This document shows, one piece after another, positions 53,679-64,000 of a DNA stretch of 64,000 bases. A program made the position numbers and the translations under genes. The stretch's first letter is position 1. Every line of letters begins with the position of its first letter. The DNA is from Podarcis gaigeae (taxonomy: Eukaryota): assembly GCA_964106915.2 (NCBI GenBank), contig OZ066915.1; one strand, written 5' to 3'. The notes beneath the pieces were generated by a model that was not told where the DNA came from, searched no databases, and worked only from the letters and a program-made list of their open reading frames with translations.

Positions 53679-55310
53679 AGAAATATATTGCTATATAGCT
53701 GGCAGGTGTTTCTAGCTTGCCACATTTGCCATGTAGGCCCCAAATAGTACAGTAGTGTCTTGACTGGCAAGCATCTTGTGGAGATAAGTAGATAGACCAC
53801 TGGTCAACTTAATTACTTTTTTTTTTTTTTTTTTTAAAAAATCCTTTATAAATATATGAATTCTCTTAATACATGTAACATAATGTCTTTGCCCCCTTAA
53901 ATCTGTTTTCCCCTCCACTGCCCTGCCAGTGACATTCCACAGATGATAGTCATTTAAGACGATTTAAATAAAAAGTTCTGAGAAGAAACTTCCTTATTTC
54001 CAGAGAAGACATCATCCTTCTCATTAAACCACCCCAACCCCGAAATGTTGACAACACATTTTAAAATCTTGCAGTACTCTCCCTCCAAGAACACACTTCC
54101 TTTTATAGTATCCACATAGTGTTATTTTTACAGCCTTCAGCCTGGAGCTATTTCCTGTTTCCAATTATTTAGTTACACGCCAAAGCCCCTCTCTTTCTCC
54201 TCCTGGCTTCCTTGCCAAGTTTGCCAAGGCATTATTGTCATTTCAGTGAGACGACGCCAGTGCTGAGGTTTTAATGGGCTGTGAGCAGGAAGTTTAGCTA
54301 TTTCCTCTGCCTGTGAGGCCATGATGTCATGAGCTGCTATGGGGCTCTTTATCATATGCTGCTGTTGCTGTGGTCTGTGTGGAAAGAATGTAAACAGTGC
54401 TTTCCAGATGTTCCCAGGGAAGCTGCGGGTCCATAAATGGGCCATTTTGTTCAGGAATATTATAAATGAGGGGAAAGATGAATCAGGCTGTAAAATATGT
54501 ATAGCTCTGAAAATGTCAGATGCTACAGGCTTTGTTGAGGTGGTAAAGTCCTCGTGTCTCTCTGGTGTGTGTTTGATATGTTTGTAAGGAACCACACACG
54601 CATACAATTGTGTCATGCTAGAAGGCTGAAAGTGATTCTTTTTTCCAATCTGATTAAACTCTTCACACCGAAGTGATTTCAGATGCAGGGCTCTCTTTTA
54701 ACACCTAAAAATGGGATCCTGTGTTTGGAACCAACATGAATTGAGTAAGCTATCTCCAGCTGTCCATTCCACTTCCATACTGTTACAATGTTTATAGATC
54801 AATTTCTGTGGCTTGCAATGGATAAAATACTGCTAAAAACAGCAGAACAAGAAAATATACAAGACCCATTTGGAACAGTAGAGGATAATAGCATCCACTG
54901 ACTACCATTTCAGCTTGAAATTCTTCCTAGAAGCAACCAAAGAGCTACACTTACATTTCATAGGAGCTTCCTGGGTAGGTAGATTATTACACAGCCTATA
55001 GACCAGAGGGATTGATTGTCAGGTCTCCTCCGTTTAGTCAGGGTTGAGAGTGAGACACAGGGGAAAGAATAGGAATTCTCCTTCTCCCTCCCTCAGTTTC
55101 CTTCCTGTCAAACTTCAGCTAGTAGTAATTGCAAACTAGTTCACTTACATAACTGAGTGAAAAGATGTTTTTTGCACTCTGGTGTAAAATGAGAAATGAT
55201 GTTGTTGGAAAACTTAATGGAAAAATTCTAAGCATCATTCAGCTCTGTTGACTGTGTATAGTGAAATGCTCCACCTGTTTTATAGCATTTTTGTATGTGT
55301 GTTTTTCCAG

Positions 55311-55372
55311 GCTTGACATCTACAGGAAGGTGCCAAAAGACCTTACGCAGCCAACCTTTACAGGAGCAATTA
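55311..55372 (+). CDS. ERGIC1: ERGIC1 coding exon 2, 62 nt ((R)LDIYRKVPKDLTQPTFTGAI(I))
   Basis: Acceptor tgtgtttttccag|G and donor ATTA|gtaagt. Joins exon 1 in frame to give MPFDFRRLDIYRKVPKDLTQPTFTGAI, versus recalled human MPFDFRRFDIYRKVPKDLTQPTYTGAI. Confidence 0.96.
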
Positions 55373-56899
55373 GTAAGTATCCGTGTGTGCATTTGCCTTT
55401 GCAAATCTCTGCTCGGTTCCTTTTTGCTCCTTGATTTAAACAGTATGATTTCCCCTCTAGAGGTCATTACCATAATTCAGCAGATTTGTAACAGAAAAGC
55501 TTGCTGTGATTTTGTACTGAATGGCGAATAAGATAACTGGAAGAGCCAGCATGGACACCCAGGCAGTATATTGGTCTCAGACCTGGGAGACCCTTCTGAA
55601 TCGTGCCATGTTGGGCGGCCTTTGGAAAGTATTTTGGATGCTGGGGTGAAAGCAACTAAGTTCCTCCCACCCCGAAAATTAAACTCAAGGTAGAAGGCTG
55701 TGTAACAAAAGCCATATTGCTGTTTATAGCTAGAAAGTGACAGTCAGAGTCCCTTTTTTGTCCCCAGCCTTTGTCAGCAGATTGCATGGTTTGGGACTGA
55801 CACCCTCTTTTCTTGGGACCTCGTCTCCTTCCTTCTTTGCAAGGTTAAATATTATTGGCTGAGTAATGCAATTTCACACCATCATTGCTAGTAAGCATGT
55901 TGCATGTATCAGTATACACATTGAGCTGATCCTGCCAAGCCTGTAATTAGATGCCTATTATTGCTTTCCTGTTACACACCTGTTTCCTTTAACTGTGTAG
56001 GTGAACCCCAAGTTTACTTACTCCCCTAGTTGGGTTCATTAGCCCTGTATATCCTTGCTGATGCAGACAGAATCACATCCCTAGAACTTAGTAATGCTGA
56101 ATCATTAAGGAAGCGATATGAAATAGCATAGAAGAGTCACTTGACAGAAGATGAGACGTTCTACCAAATATTTAGTGGTGACAGGCCATTTTACGTTAGA
56201 ATGTCACTGTCTGCTCCCTTTCCTCCCTTTCCTCCTCTAAAATTTAGATTGCTGCTTTCACCATACTACAACTTTTCATATGTATCATATGGTTTAGGAG
56301 AAGAACATTACTTGAGTTACTGCTTCACATACCTTGTCTATGCTGTGGTTAGGAAGACAAATTCCAGAACTGTTAGCCGTGATAAGTGCTAGTTGTCGTG
56401 AGACCCTCCAAACTGATTAAGGTGACAGGAAAGGAGCATACAGATCCCTATTTTACTTCTGCAGCCAGCCCCCCCAACAAACCAACCCAACCCCCACAAG
56501 GGACGTCTGCAGTGTTGGCAGCAGTGGTGCTGTGATGGCAACCACAATAGTTGCTGCAACATCTTGGCTGTTTTGTTTTCCTCTCATTTTTTTTACGGAG
56601 CAGGTGCAAAGTTCAAGACAGTTGCGCTGACCACCTTTATTTTCCAGAGTGCCAGATAGCACTAGTGAACATGATTGCCTGGAATTTTACTCCTCGAGAG
56701 TGCAACTGTTTTGTGAAATGTTTAAAAGGAAAAGGGGGGAAAGGAGAGGCTGTTGCTCATGTAGTGCTGCCATTTAAGGGCCCCTGGGCTGCAGGACTCT
56801 AAATCAGTGCCCCATAGTCACTATTGGTCAGCAGTGGTTAATCCAACCTTGGGTTGCTGATATGACAACCCTTTTTATTGCATGCAAAGTAATTTCACT

Positions 56900-57290
56900 G
56901 TTCCCTTCTGCACAGATGAGAGCACTTATGGAGTACTCTATCCAGTCTTGGGAGCACAGGTCATGGCAAATAAAGACAAATGGAAAATGATTCTTCTGAG
57001 GACAGCCACCAAGATGATTAAGGGTGTAAAGGACTAATCCACTGAGGAAAGGAGTGACTTATGCTCATGACCATATATGAAAAAGGGTATCTGAAAGAAG
57101 AGAGGTAGCAGTTGTTCACTCTCTGAGGTGAATGGGGTTGTTCAGAAGGGTGTCCTAAATGGCAGAGCAATTCAGCAAAGGAGCAGGATACATAGGGATA
57201 ATGCAGAATATTTGTTTCATTGGAAAGATTGCAGTGGAGACTTGTTTAGAGGAGATGGTCCACAAATCCCTCCCAGCTCTGCCATCCTTT
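56900..57290 (+). mobile_element. Degraded CR1 LINE 3' fragment
   Basis: gagtactctatccagtcttgg (EYSIQSW) and aggacagccaccaagatgattaagggt (RTATKMIKG) resemble the CR1 ORF2 end. Confidence 0.6.
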
Positions 57291-57737
57291 AAACTATGTG
57301 CTCTTGGCAGGCAAAGCTGAGCTTGAGACATAATTCTGGGAAAACTGGGACTATCCTTGAGGATCTGAACTTTTTAGAGTGTGATCACACTAGACAGCAG
57401 ATGTGTCCATCAAATGTAACACCATAGTCTGTGAAGGGGAGATGCATAGCATCTCAGCAGTGTACAGATTGTCTCCTTACATGTTTACAAACACACGCCT
57501 GTCCTCTTCATCCTTTACAATGTTCACAAGACCAGCATATCTGCTATGTACGTAAGAAGTTAGCTGACCAGTCAAGTACTTAAATGTTCCTTTCTCATTA
57601 GCTCTGCAGTAGGAGTTCTGCTGTGCAGAGATGGCAAAGCCACATTCTTGTGCTAAACCTTTTTTGCACAAAGGCTCAGCCTTCAGTACATGGGAAGCTA
57701 CCTTCTCATGGCTCATCTCGGTCAATATTGTCTATAT

Positions 57738-57873
57738 CAGTGTTTCTCAAGGTTGGGTCTCCAGCTGCTGTTGGACTACAACATCCATCAGCCCTAGCTA
57801 GCAGGACCAGTGATCAGGGATGATGGGAGCTGTCGTACAACAACAGCCGGGGACACAAGCTTGAGAAACACCG
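57738..57873. mobile_element. Short hAT-like MITE (ggactacaa..ccatcagccc family; further copies ~32625-32760, ~35005-35140, ~48720-48870, ~53060-53160, ~60085-60210, ~62195-62280)
   Basis: CAGTGTTTCTCAAG ... CTTGAGAAACACCG termini and a palindromic interior shared among copies. Confidence 0.7.
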
Positions 57874-60456
57874 CCTACATTGGTATCAGATTTCTCTAGG
57901 ATTTCAGGCAGCGGTCTTTCTCACCCTACCTGCAGGTGCTGGGGGTTGAATATGAGATCTTTTGCATGCAGAGCATGTGCTCTACCACTGAGCTACAGTC
58001 ACATTCCCTTCCTGTTCTGAAGGAACTGTATGACTGTCCATTAAGAAGGTGGCATAAATCAGCATTGCTGGGGAGCCCTAAATATACTTGAGGTTTCACA
58101 ACTGATACTGAGTAGTTTAGGCACTACTTTATGGGGTTTTTTGGGGGGGAGCCTATTCCTGAAAGATTTTTTCAAAGCAGGGAATCATTTGCACCAACAG
58201 CCCATTTCTGTTGTAGAGTAACTTGCATGTGTCAGCTGCCGAATGCCTTCAAGATCAATGCAGTGTGTAACTCTGCCAAGGTGCCCATGTTTGGAAATGA
58301 AGCATACAGTGACATGGGCCCTGGCATGTGACAGTTAGTATCCCACTGGCATGAGCGATATTACATACTGTCAGAAGCAAGCAGTTCAGAAAGTGGCTCT
58401 GTCAATCTCACAGTTTAATACCAGAGATTAATCATTATAGCGCACTGGTTTGAGCATCATAATGAACTATACGCACAGGTCCCACTTTACGAACACAATG
58501 CAATCCCTGGAAATCATTCACTAGGTGAGCGTTTGCATGACGAGTCAACAATTTTCGTTCGTATAATGAATTGACGATTTCCATTGGTTTCTATGGGGAA
58601 ATTTCTAATGCGTTGCTACTCATGGAATCTGCAGTGCATATAGCAAGGGTTGGGTACTAATTTGTTGGGTAACTGAATTTTGGCACAGTGAGCGTTCATA
58701 AAGCATGTCCTTTACGTAGTTAAAACAAATTATAATTTAACGCGAGCAAGCAGTTTAGTGGTGCACACAGAAATTCCCCTCACACTTCTCCCTGGTCCGG
58801 TTGTATCATACGTAAACTGCCCTGTTGTGTCTCTTGCTTTTTTTTTAATCAGAGACTAAAAGGCTCTCTGGGAAGTAAGAGTGACTGCTTAAAAAACAGC
58901 AGTGCTTCTTAATCCACAGTAGTAAACATTTACTCATATAGAATCTCTCTGGATTCATGTTCTAAGCCACCACCCCTTGCAGACTCGGTTGCCCAGACAA
59001 ACAGCCTACTCACAGCCCTTAAGTTTTCCCACTTTTTCTGGGATGAGCATGTCTCTCTCGATGAAAACGTTCCCCTTTATGCTGAGTCCAGCAGTAGCTC
59101 AGAATTCCTTCTTGATTCTTCTGAATTATATGTAGGAAGAATAACTGCCTTTGTCCTTTGGGCCTAGAGGCACTGGAAGTTTAGTGGTTTTAAAGCCACT
59201 TTTCCACGTCACAAAACCATTTCTTGTGTACGAAAAGCTGCTAAAGAAGCATTAATGCCTTTAGGATCACCAGTGATGATGTGTACTAATCTCTGGGGTG
59301 TGATACATTGTGATAAAGTGTTGTGTAGGCAGATTTCAGTTCAGCCAGCCTGAATTGGTCCTTGCAATCCTTGTAGGAGTACAGCAGCATGCCTCTTCCT
59401 GCAGTAGAATGAAGTGTTGCAATGAAGTGGTTATCTGCATATAATCTGCCTCTAGCTTTTTAAGCCCCTGTGCCTCAGCATGGTGCAGTTGCGTAGCTGG
59501 GGGAACTGCATGTTCAGTCACAAAGAAGTAGATAACACTTGTACCTGCAAAACAGCCAACTAAAGGGAGTCGTGCAGTCGTTCTCTCATTTTGTATGTGT
59601 TTTATTTGCCTGCTGTGTCCCATTCCTAGAGCTATTGTTCTGTACTAGAAGGAACAAACGTTCATGTATACGAGGAAATTTTCTCCCCTTTTAAAGGATT
59701 TGTCTTCACAAAGTGCAGGTCTGCTGCCTCTTAAATGGTTTGTGTTCTTAAGAAGAGGAAATGCCCTCAACTATCAATTACCCAAATAAATTTGCAATAA
59801 TTATGGCCCTTTAAGAACATGGGATTTTCCTCCTCTGTCCCTTTTGGGCTTGTGGCAGCTAAAAAAGCTGATTTATTGTAGAACTGACATTCAGCAATAT
59901 CTATCTATCATCTATCTCCAAGTTAGGTTTAATGCAACTAAGTCATTTAAAAAGGCTTTTTAAGTCAATACAATTTTACTCTGGTATTAGTGATTGAATG
60001 CGTTATTTATTTTATTTAGAATTTTATTCACATGTCTGCCCCATGTAAAGTATGGGAGGTGAATTTATTGTTTACATCAACCTTCATCAACCCTCCAGAC
60101 ATTTTAGACTACAGTTCCCATCAGCCCAAGCCATCAAGGCCAGTGGTCAGGCATGACTAGAGTTGTATGATCCAACAATATCTGGAGGGCACCAGATTGG
60201 AGATGACTCCTTTGCATGAAGAAGGGCACACTGGGAAGCGGAAGCAAAACCCTGTTTCCTCCCTCCCCTTCACTTTGCTGTGCTCCATTGTTTTAAAGAG
60301 ATTTTTGCCCTGCATCCCTTTTACCCATGTGTTCATTTTACTGTACAGATGATGCCCCACCACACTGTGAATGGGGCATGTGAATGGGCCAAGTATGTTG
60401 ACACATTTAGTTCCTTAAAGGGAAACATGACTTCTAGCCAAAAAAAAAAAAAATTA

Positions 60457-61050
60457 CTGTATTTTTCGCTCCATAAGACACACTTTTTTCCTCCTAAAAA
60501 GTAAGGGGAACCGTCTGTGCGTCTTATGGAGCGAATGTGTGGTCCCTTCCTTGTGAGCTGTGAACTGTGTTATACTACTTGTGGTTTGTACGAGTCCGCT
60601 GTTTTATTTGATTTGTTTTGTTGTGTTGTGTTTCATGATGGGCGTAAAGCCGAATAAACATTTTGTTGAACATTTTGTTGTTGGTCCCTGGAGCCGAATT
60701 CCCAGGGGGAAAAAAAGATCATGCTCTTTTTTTTAGAAATAGGGAAGTGGGTGTTGAAACAAAGCCGCTGAGCAGCTGATCGGCAAGTGATCGGAGGGAG
60801 ATAAGGGACTCTAGTGATAAAGGAGGCTGCCTGGGAGGGGGGAGGTAAAATCACATGGATCCTCAGGATTTTTGCATTGGGTCACCCCAAATTCACCATC
60901 AGATCACATAGCATGTCCATGGCTATAGCCGGCACCAAAAAAAATCACACATCCACTGTTTCGTTCAGAATTTTTTTTCCTCTTGTTTTCCTCCTCTAAA
61001 AACTAGGTGCGTCTTATGGTCGGGTGCGTCTTATGGAGCGAAAAATATGG
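60457..61050. mobile_element. Tc1/mariner-superfamily MITE (related termini)
   Basis: TA|CTGTATTTTTCGCTCCATAAGAC ... GTCTTATGGAGCGAAAAATATGG, with repeated subterminal gtgcgtcttatgg. Confidence 0.85.
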
Positions 61051-64000
61051 AAGTTTCTCCCCACCCACCTCCACCAAATATGAGATGGTGTGAGGATGAA
61101 GGTGGAAAAAGCCGTAAGATGGCTTTGGGAAGTGAAAATTGGGCAGGGCAGGTACTGTGATACAGGTTGGTGTTACACTGTGAGGAGGAAGAGACTTAGA
61201 TGGAATTGAATATAGAAGAGAAATAATAGATAGATGTGCAAGAAGGGCATTCATTAAGGGGGGAGAATAGTATGGCTTTCAACAGATTCTGTTCTTTGGT
61301 GCTAGCTTAGCTTTTATTTGAGAGACTGTGTCATTTATAACATATCATGCTTTGCTGTGCCTGAGGGCTTGCATCCCTATCAGAGATCTGAACTTTCTGG
61401 TCTTTGGCAGTTAGAAGGAGCCTGATGAACCAGTTTGGGCTGCTTTGAACACAGCTTTTTCCGCTTTTAACCAGCCTAAAACAAACCCCTGTATTCAGTA
61501 CAGATGAAGTCTTAAGAGAATGTCACCCTATGCCTTTTTGTTCCTCCTTTGTGTGTCTTTACTGTGGGTTGGCCACTATAAAACTGGATTCTTTCTTCCT
61601 CTTAAATCTCTCTGTTTTGAGGGCCCCTTAATTTGTATCTCCTACTCTCATTGTGTCCTCCTTTCTCTTTCTACCTACTACTACAAGTTATAAAGTTATG
61701 GACATGGCCTTTCTCCAGCTGCAATAACTATTGTACATTGATCACACATCAGTAGGCTCCTTTTAAAGGCCCTTGATAGTAAATTCTTTCCCTTGCAATA
61801 ATTTGAGGAGCAATGAGAGATTTCCCCCTCAGACACTCAATTCCTGAGGCTACGCATTTGCCTTCTGTGTAATTCCAGATTCTGGGGAAGGCGACTCTAA
61901 ATGTATTTGCTATGTGACTTGAAAGAATTATTGACAATATCCTTTCTTGTTTCTTTGGAGTTTTGTGGTGTGTTTTGGCATAACAAAAAGTAAGAGACGA
62001 GGGTGATGATCAAAAAGGTTACATTACAGGAATGGGGAAAGGGGCAAAATCTGATAGAGGGGTGTTGTTTGGCCATTGCTTGAAAACTTGCCCTAGAGCT
62101 CTAGGCAGTGAACAGAGGATTGACAGGTCACAGAAAGCAGAAAGTAAGAGCTGCCAGAACTCTGGATTCAGTTTATGGAAGCAAGCATCCTCCCAGGCAG
62201 TCTTCTTCAACCTGGGGTCCTCCAGATTTGGGCTACAACTTCCATGAGCCCCGCACAGCATGGCCATTGGCTTGAGATGGTGGCTGCTTCCCCCACCACC
62301 TCCGCCCCAGCTGGATGTGCATTCTGATGTATGTCTACAGATCAAGCCTCAGAAAGAAATCAAGAGAAAGTAATGCAATAAACTAAAAGCAGATAAACAA
62401 TGTCAGGAGTAATGTAAAAAGACTGTGCTTATAGATGATTTTTTGCCCTTTTGTTTTGAAGCATTTTATTTGCTTTCATCTTTTGCTGATTTTTTATTTG
62501 TTTAAAAAGTAATTCTATATTATGACCAAATTAGTTTTTATTTATACTTTTGTACACTGCCCTAGAATCTTTTAATGAAATCTTTTAAATTATTATTTTT
62601 AAACACTACTAGAGCAGATCAACCATAAACTTTGGACGTAATCCAGATTCAATGACTTTACCTCCGAAGAGCAGGCAAAAGCCATGATAGAATGCAGAAA
62701 ATGAATGGGAATGGTCAGTGCAGGGCATTTACCCCTTTTTCTTGTCTGAGACCAGCTGTGTTGATCAGCCTTACAGGAAGTTGTGTATGACTGTAAACTC
62801 CGGGATGAATTGGAGTTGAGGGGAAGGAACCTTCCTGGAAAGGATTCCGCCCCCCCCCCCCTGCCTCCATCCCCAGCTACTTTTCCTATCCCTCACAGAC
62901 GTGCCCTTTTGGTATATCTAAGAAGGGGAGATTTGGATCATGCCCCTCATCCTTGATATGTATGGTTAAGAAACAGCAACAAAACAGGTGCCAAGCTTCA
63001 CAATGGCCTGTCTTACATTGTGGCCTTTTTATTTCCCCCAGGATTTTTGTTCTTAAATATTTTTAGTGCTCTTTGGATCTGTTGTGTAAAGATCATTCTC
63101 TGTTGCTAGTTTTATTGTATGTTAGATAATTTTCCTTATTGCATTGTCATATTTTATGGCTTCATTTTTCTTCCCATGTAAAACCACCCTGAGAACCTTT
63201 GTTATTGGGCACTTTGTAAACACTGAAGATTTAAAAAGAATTTTTTTTTTACTTCCATTGCATATTTATTTGAAACTGCCAGAAGTAACTCTGGTTTTTA
63301 GGCTTGTATAGTCATGGAAATCATCCCAAAATAGGAATCGCCAGCCTTTTTGAGTCTCTGGTCACATTTGGAGAAACTTTCCTGGGGGCTGCATGTACCA
63401 CAACGAAGCACATACCTCAACCTCTTCTATTGACTACAACAGAATACTTACTTCAAACCTAATTTCAGGGGGGAAGGAATGAGAGAGGAGACACCGCAGG
63501 CATCCAGGAAGGCCTATTGAATTCATAGGGAATTGGTCTATTCAGCATGGCTACTAACTGTGACAGATTGGAGCTTCCATTTTTCTATCTCTGAATGCTA
63601 GGTGTTGGGAATAAACAACAGAAGAAGCCTGCTACCTTCATGTCCTTGTAAATTTTCCAGAGCCATCGGGTTGGTTGCTGACGCAAAGCAGATTACTTGG
63701 CTAGATGGCTCTTTGATGACCATGTTCTTCTAACCTGAAACCAACCCTGGAGGAAAGACTGGATGGGGGAGTGGATTGATTTAGACAGTGTTTCCCCCTC
63801 TAAGCCACCTTCCTCCACTGACACATGACTCACCCAGGGGTTGTGCTGGTATGCTTTCTCTTTCTCTGACTGCAGGCCAAGCAGAATGAACATGAACTGA
63901 GTGACAACACAAAGGGTGGAAGGGAGAACAGTTAGCCAAAGTGCTTACTTTTTCTGCAACCATCTCTCCCTCTCTGTCCTCCTTCAGTCTTCCAAGCAGA

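Larger units (their letters stand above)
30956..55310 (+). other. ERGIC1: ERGIC1 intron 1 (24,355 nt, GT-AG)
   Basis: Bounded by the exon 1 donor and exon 2 acceptor with compatible phase. Confidence 0.9.

Noticed and set aside
54173-54616. 147-aa minus-strand ORF and the overlapping Cys-rich 82-aa ORF
   Set aside because: No recognisable domain or splice context. The IICCCC stretch only superficially resembles ERGIC1 exon 3 and lies upstream of exon 2.
63961-64000. Polypyrimidine tract plus CAG as the ERGIC1 exon 3 acceptor
   Set aside because: It would continue as I-F-Q-A rather than the expected ISICC-like sequence.

Overview
Vertebrate genomic DNA, most likely a squamate (lacertid-like lizard), inferred from Sauria/Squam1 SINEs with ACCTTT tails and Squam3-like SINEs. 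The only host protein-coding gene I can support is the 5' end of ERGIC1 on the + strand. It has a CpG-island promoter (~30.3-31.2 kb), coding exon 1 (30936-30955, MPFDFRR), a 24.4-kb intron 1 and exon 2 (55311-55372, (R)LDIYRKVPKDLTQPTFTGAI). Exon 3 was not found and probably lies beyond the window. The first 30 kb is intergenic; in mammals this interval lies between DUSP1 and ERGIC1. The rest is a dense mosaic of retroelements (Sauria SINEs, Squam/MIR-type SINEs, L1, L2, CR1 and RTE fragments), hAT and Tc1/mariner MITEs, and microsatellites. Almost all ORFs in the supplied track are spurious. The most unusual object is a 760-bp, CpG-rich solo-LTR-like element in intron 1 (38130-38889; TG...CA ends, 5-bp TSD). 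About 80% of it is one uninterrupted reading frame encoding an acidic, Ser-rich protein that ends in a Rev/Tat-like arginine-rich motif, making it a candidate LTR-encoded accessory gene. Also notable are an inverted SINE-in-SINE nest, a SINE with a perfect 37-bp target duplication, and a hAT MITE carrying TTAGGG-containing tandem repeats. Repeat family names come from recall of consensus features, not from database searches.
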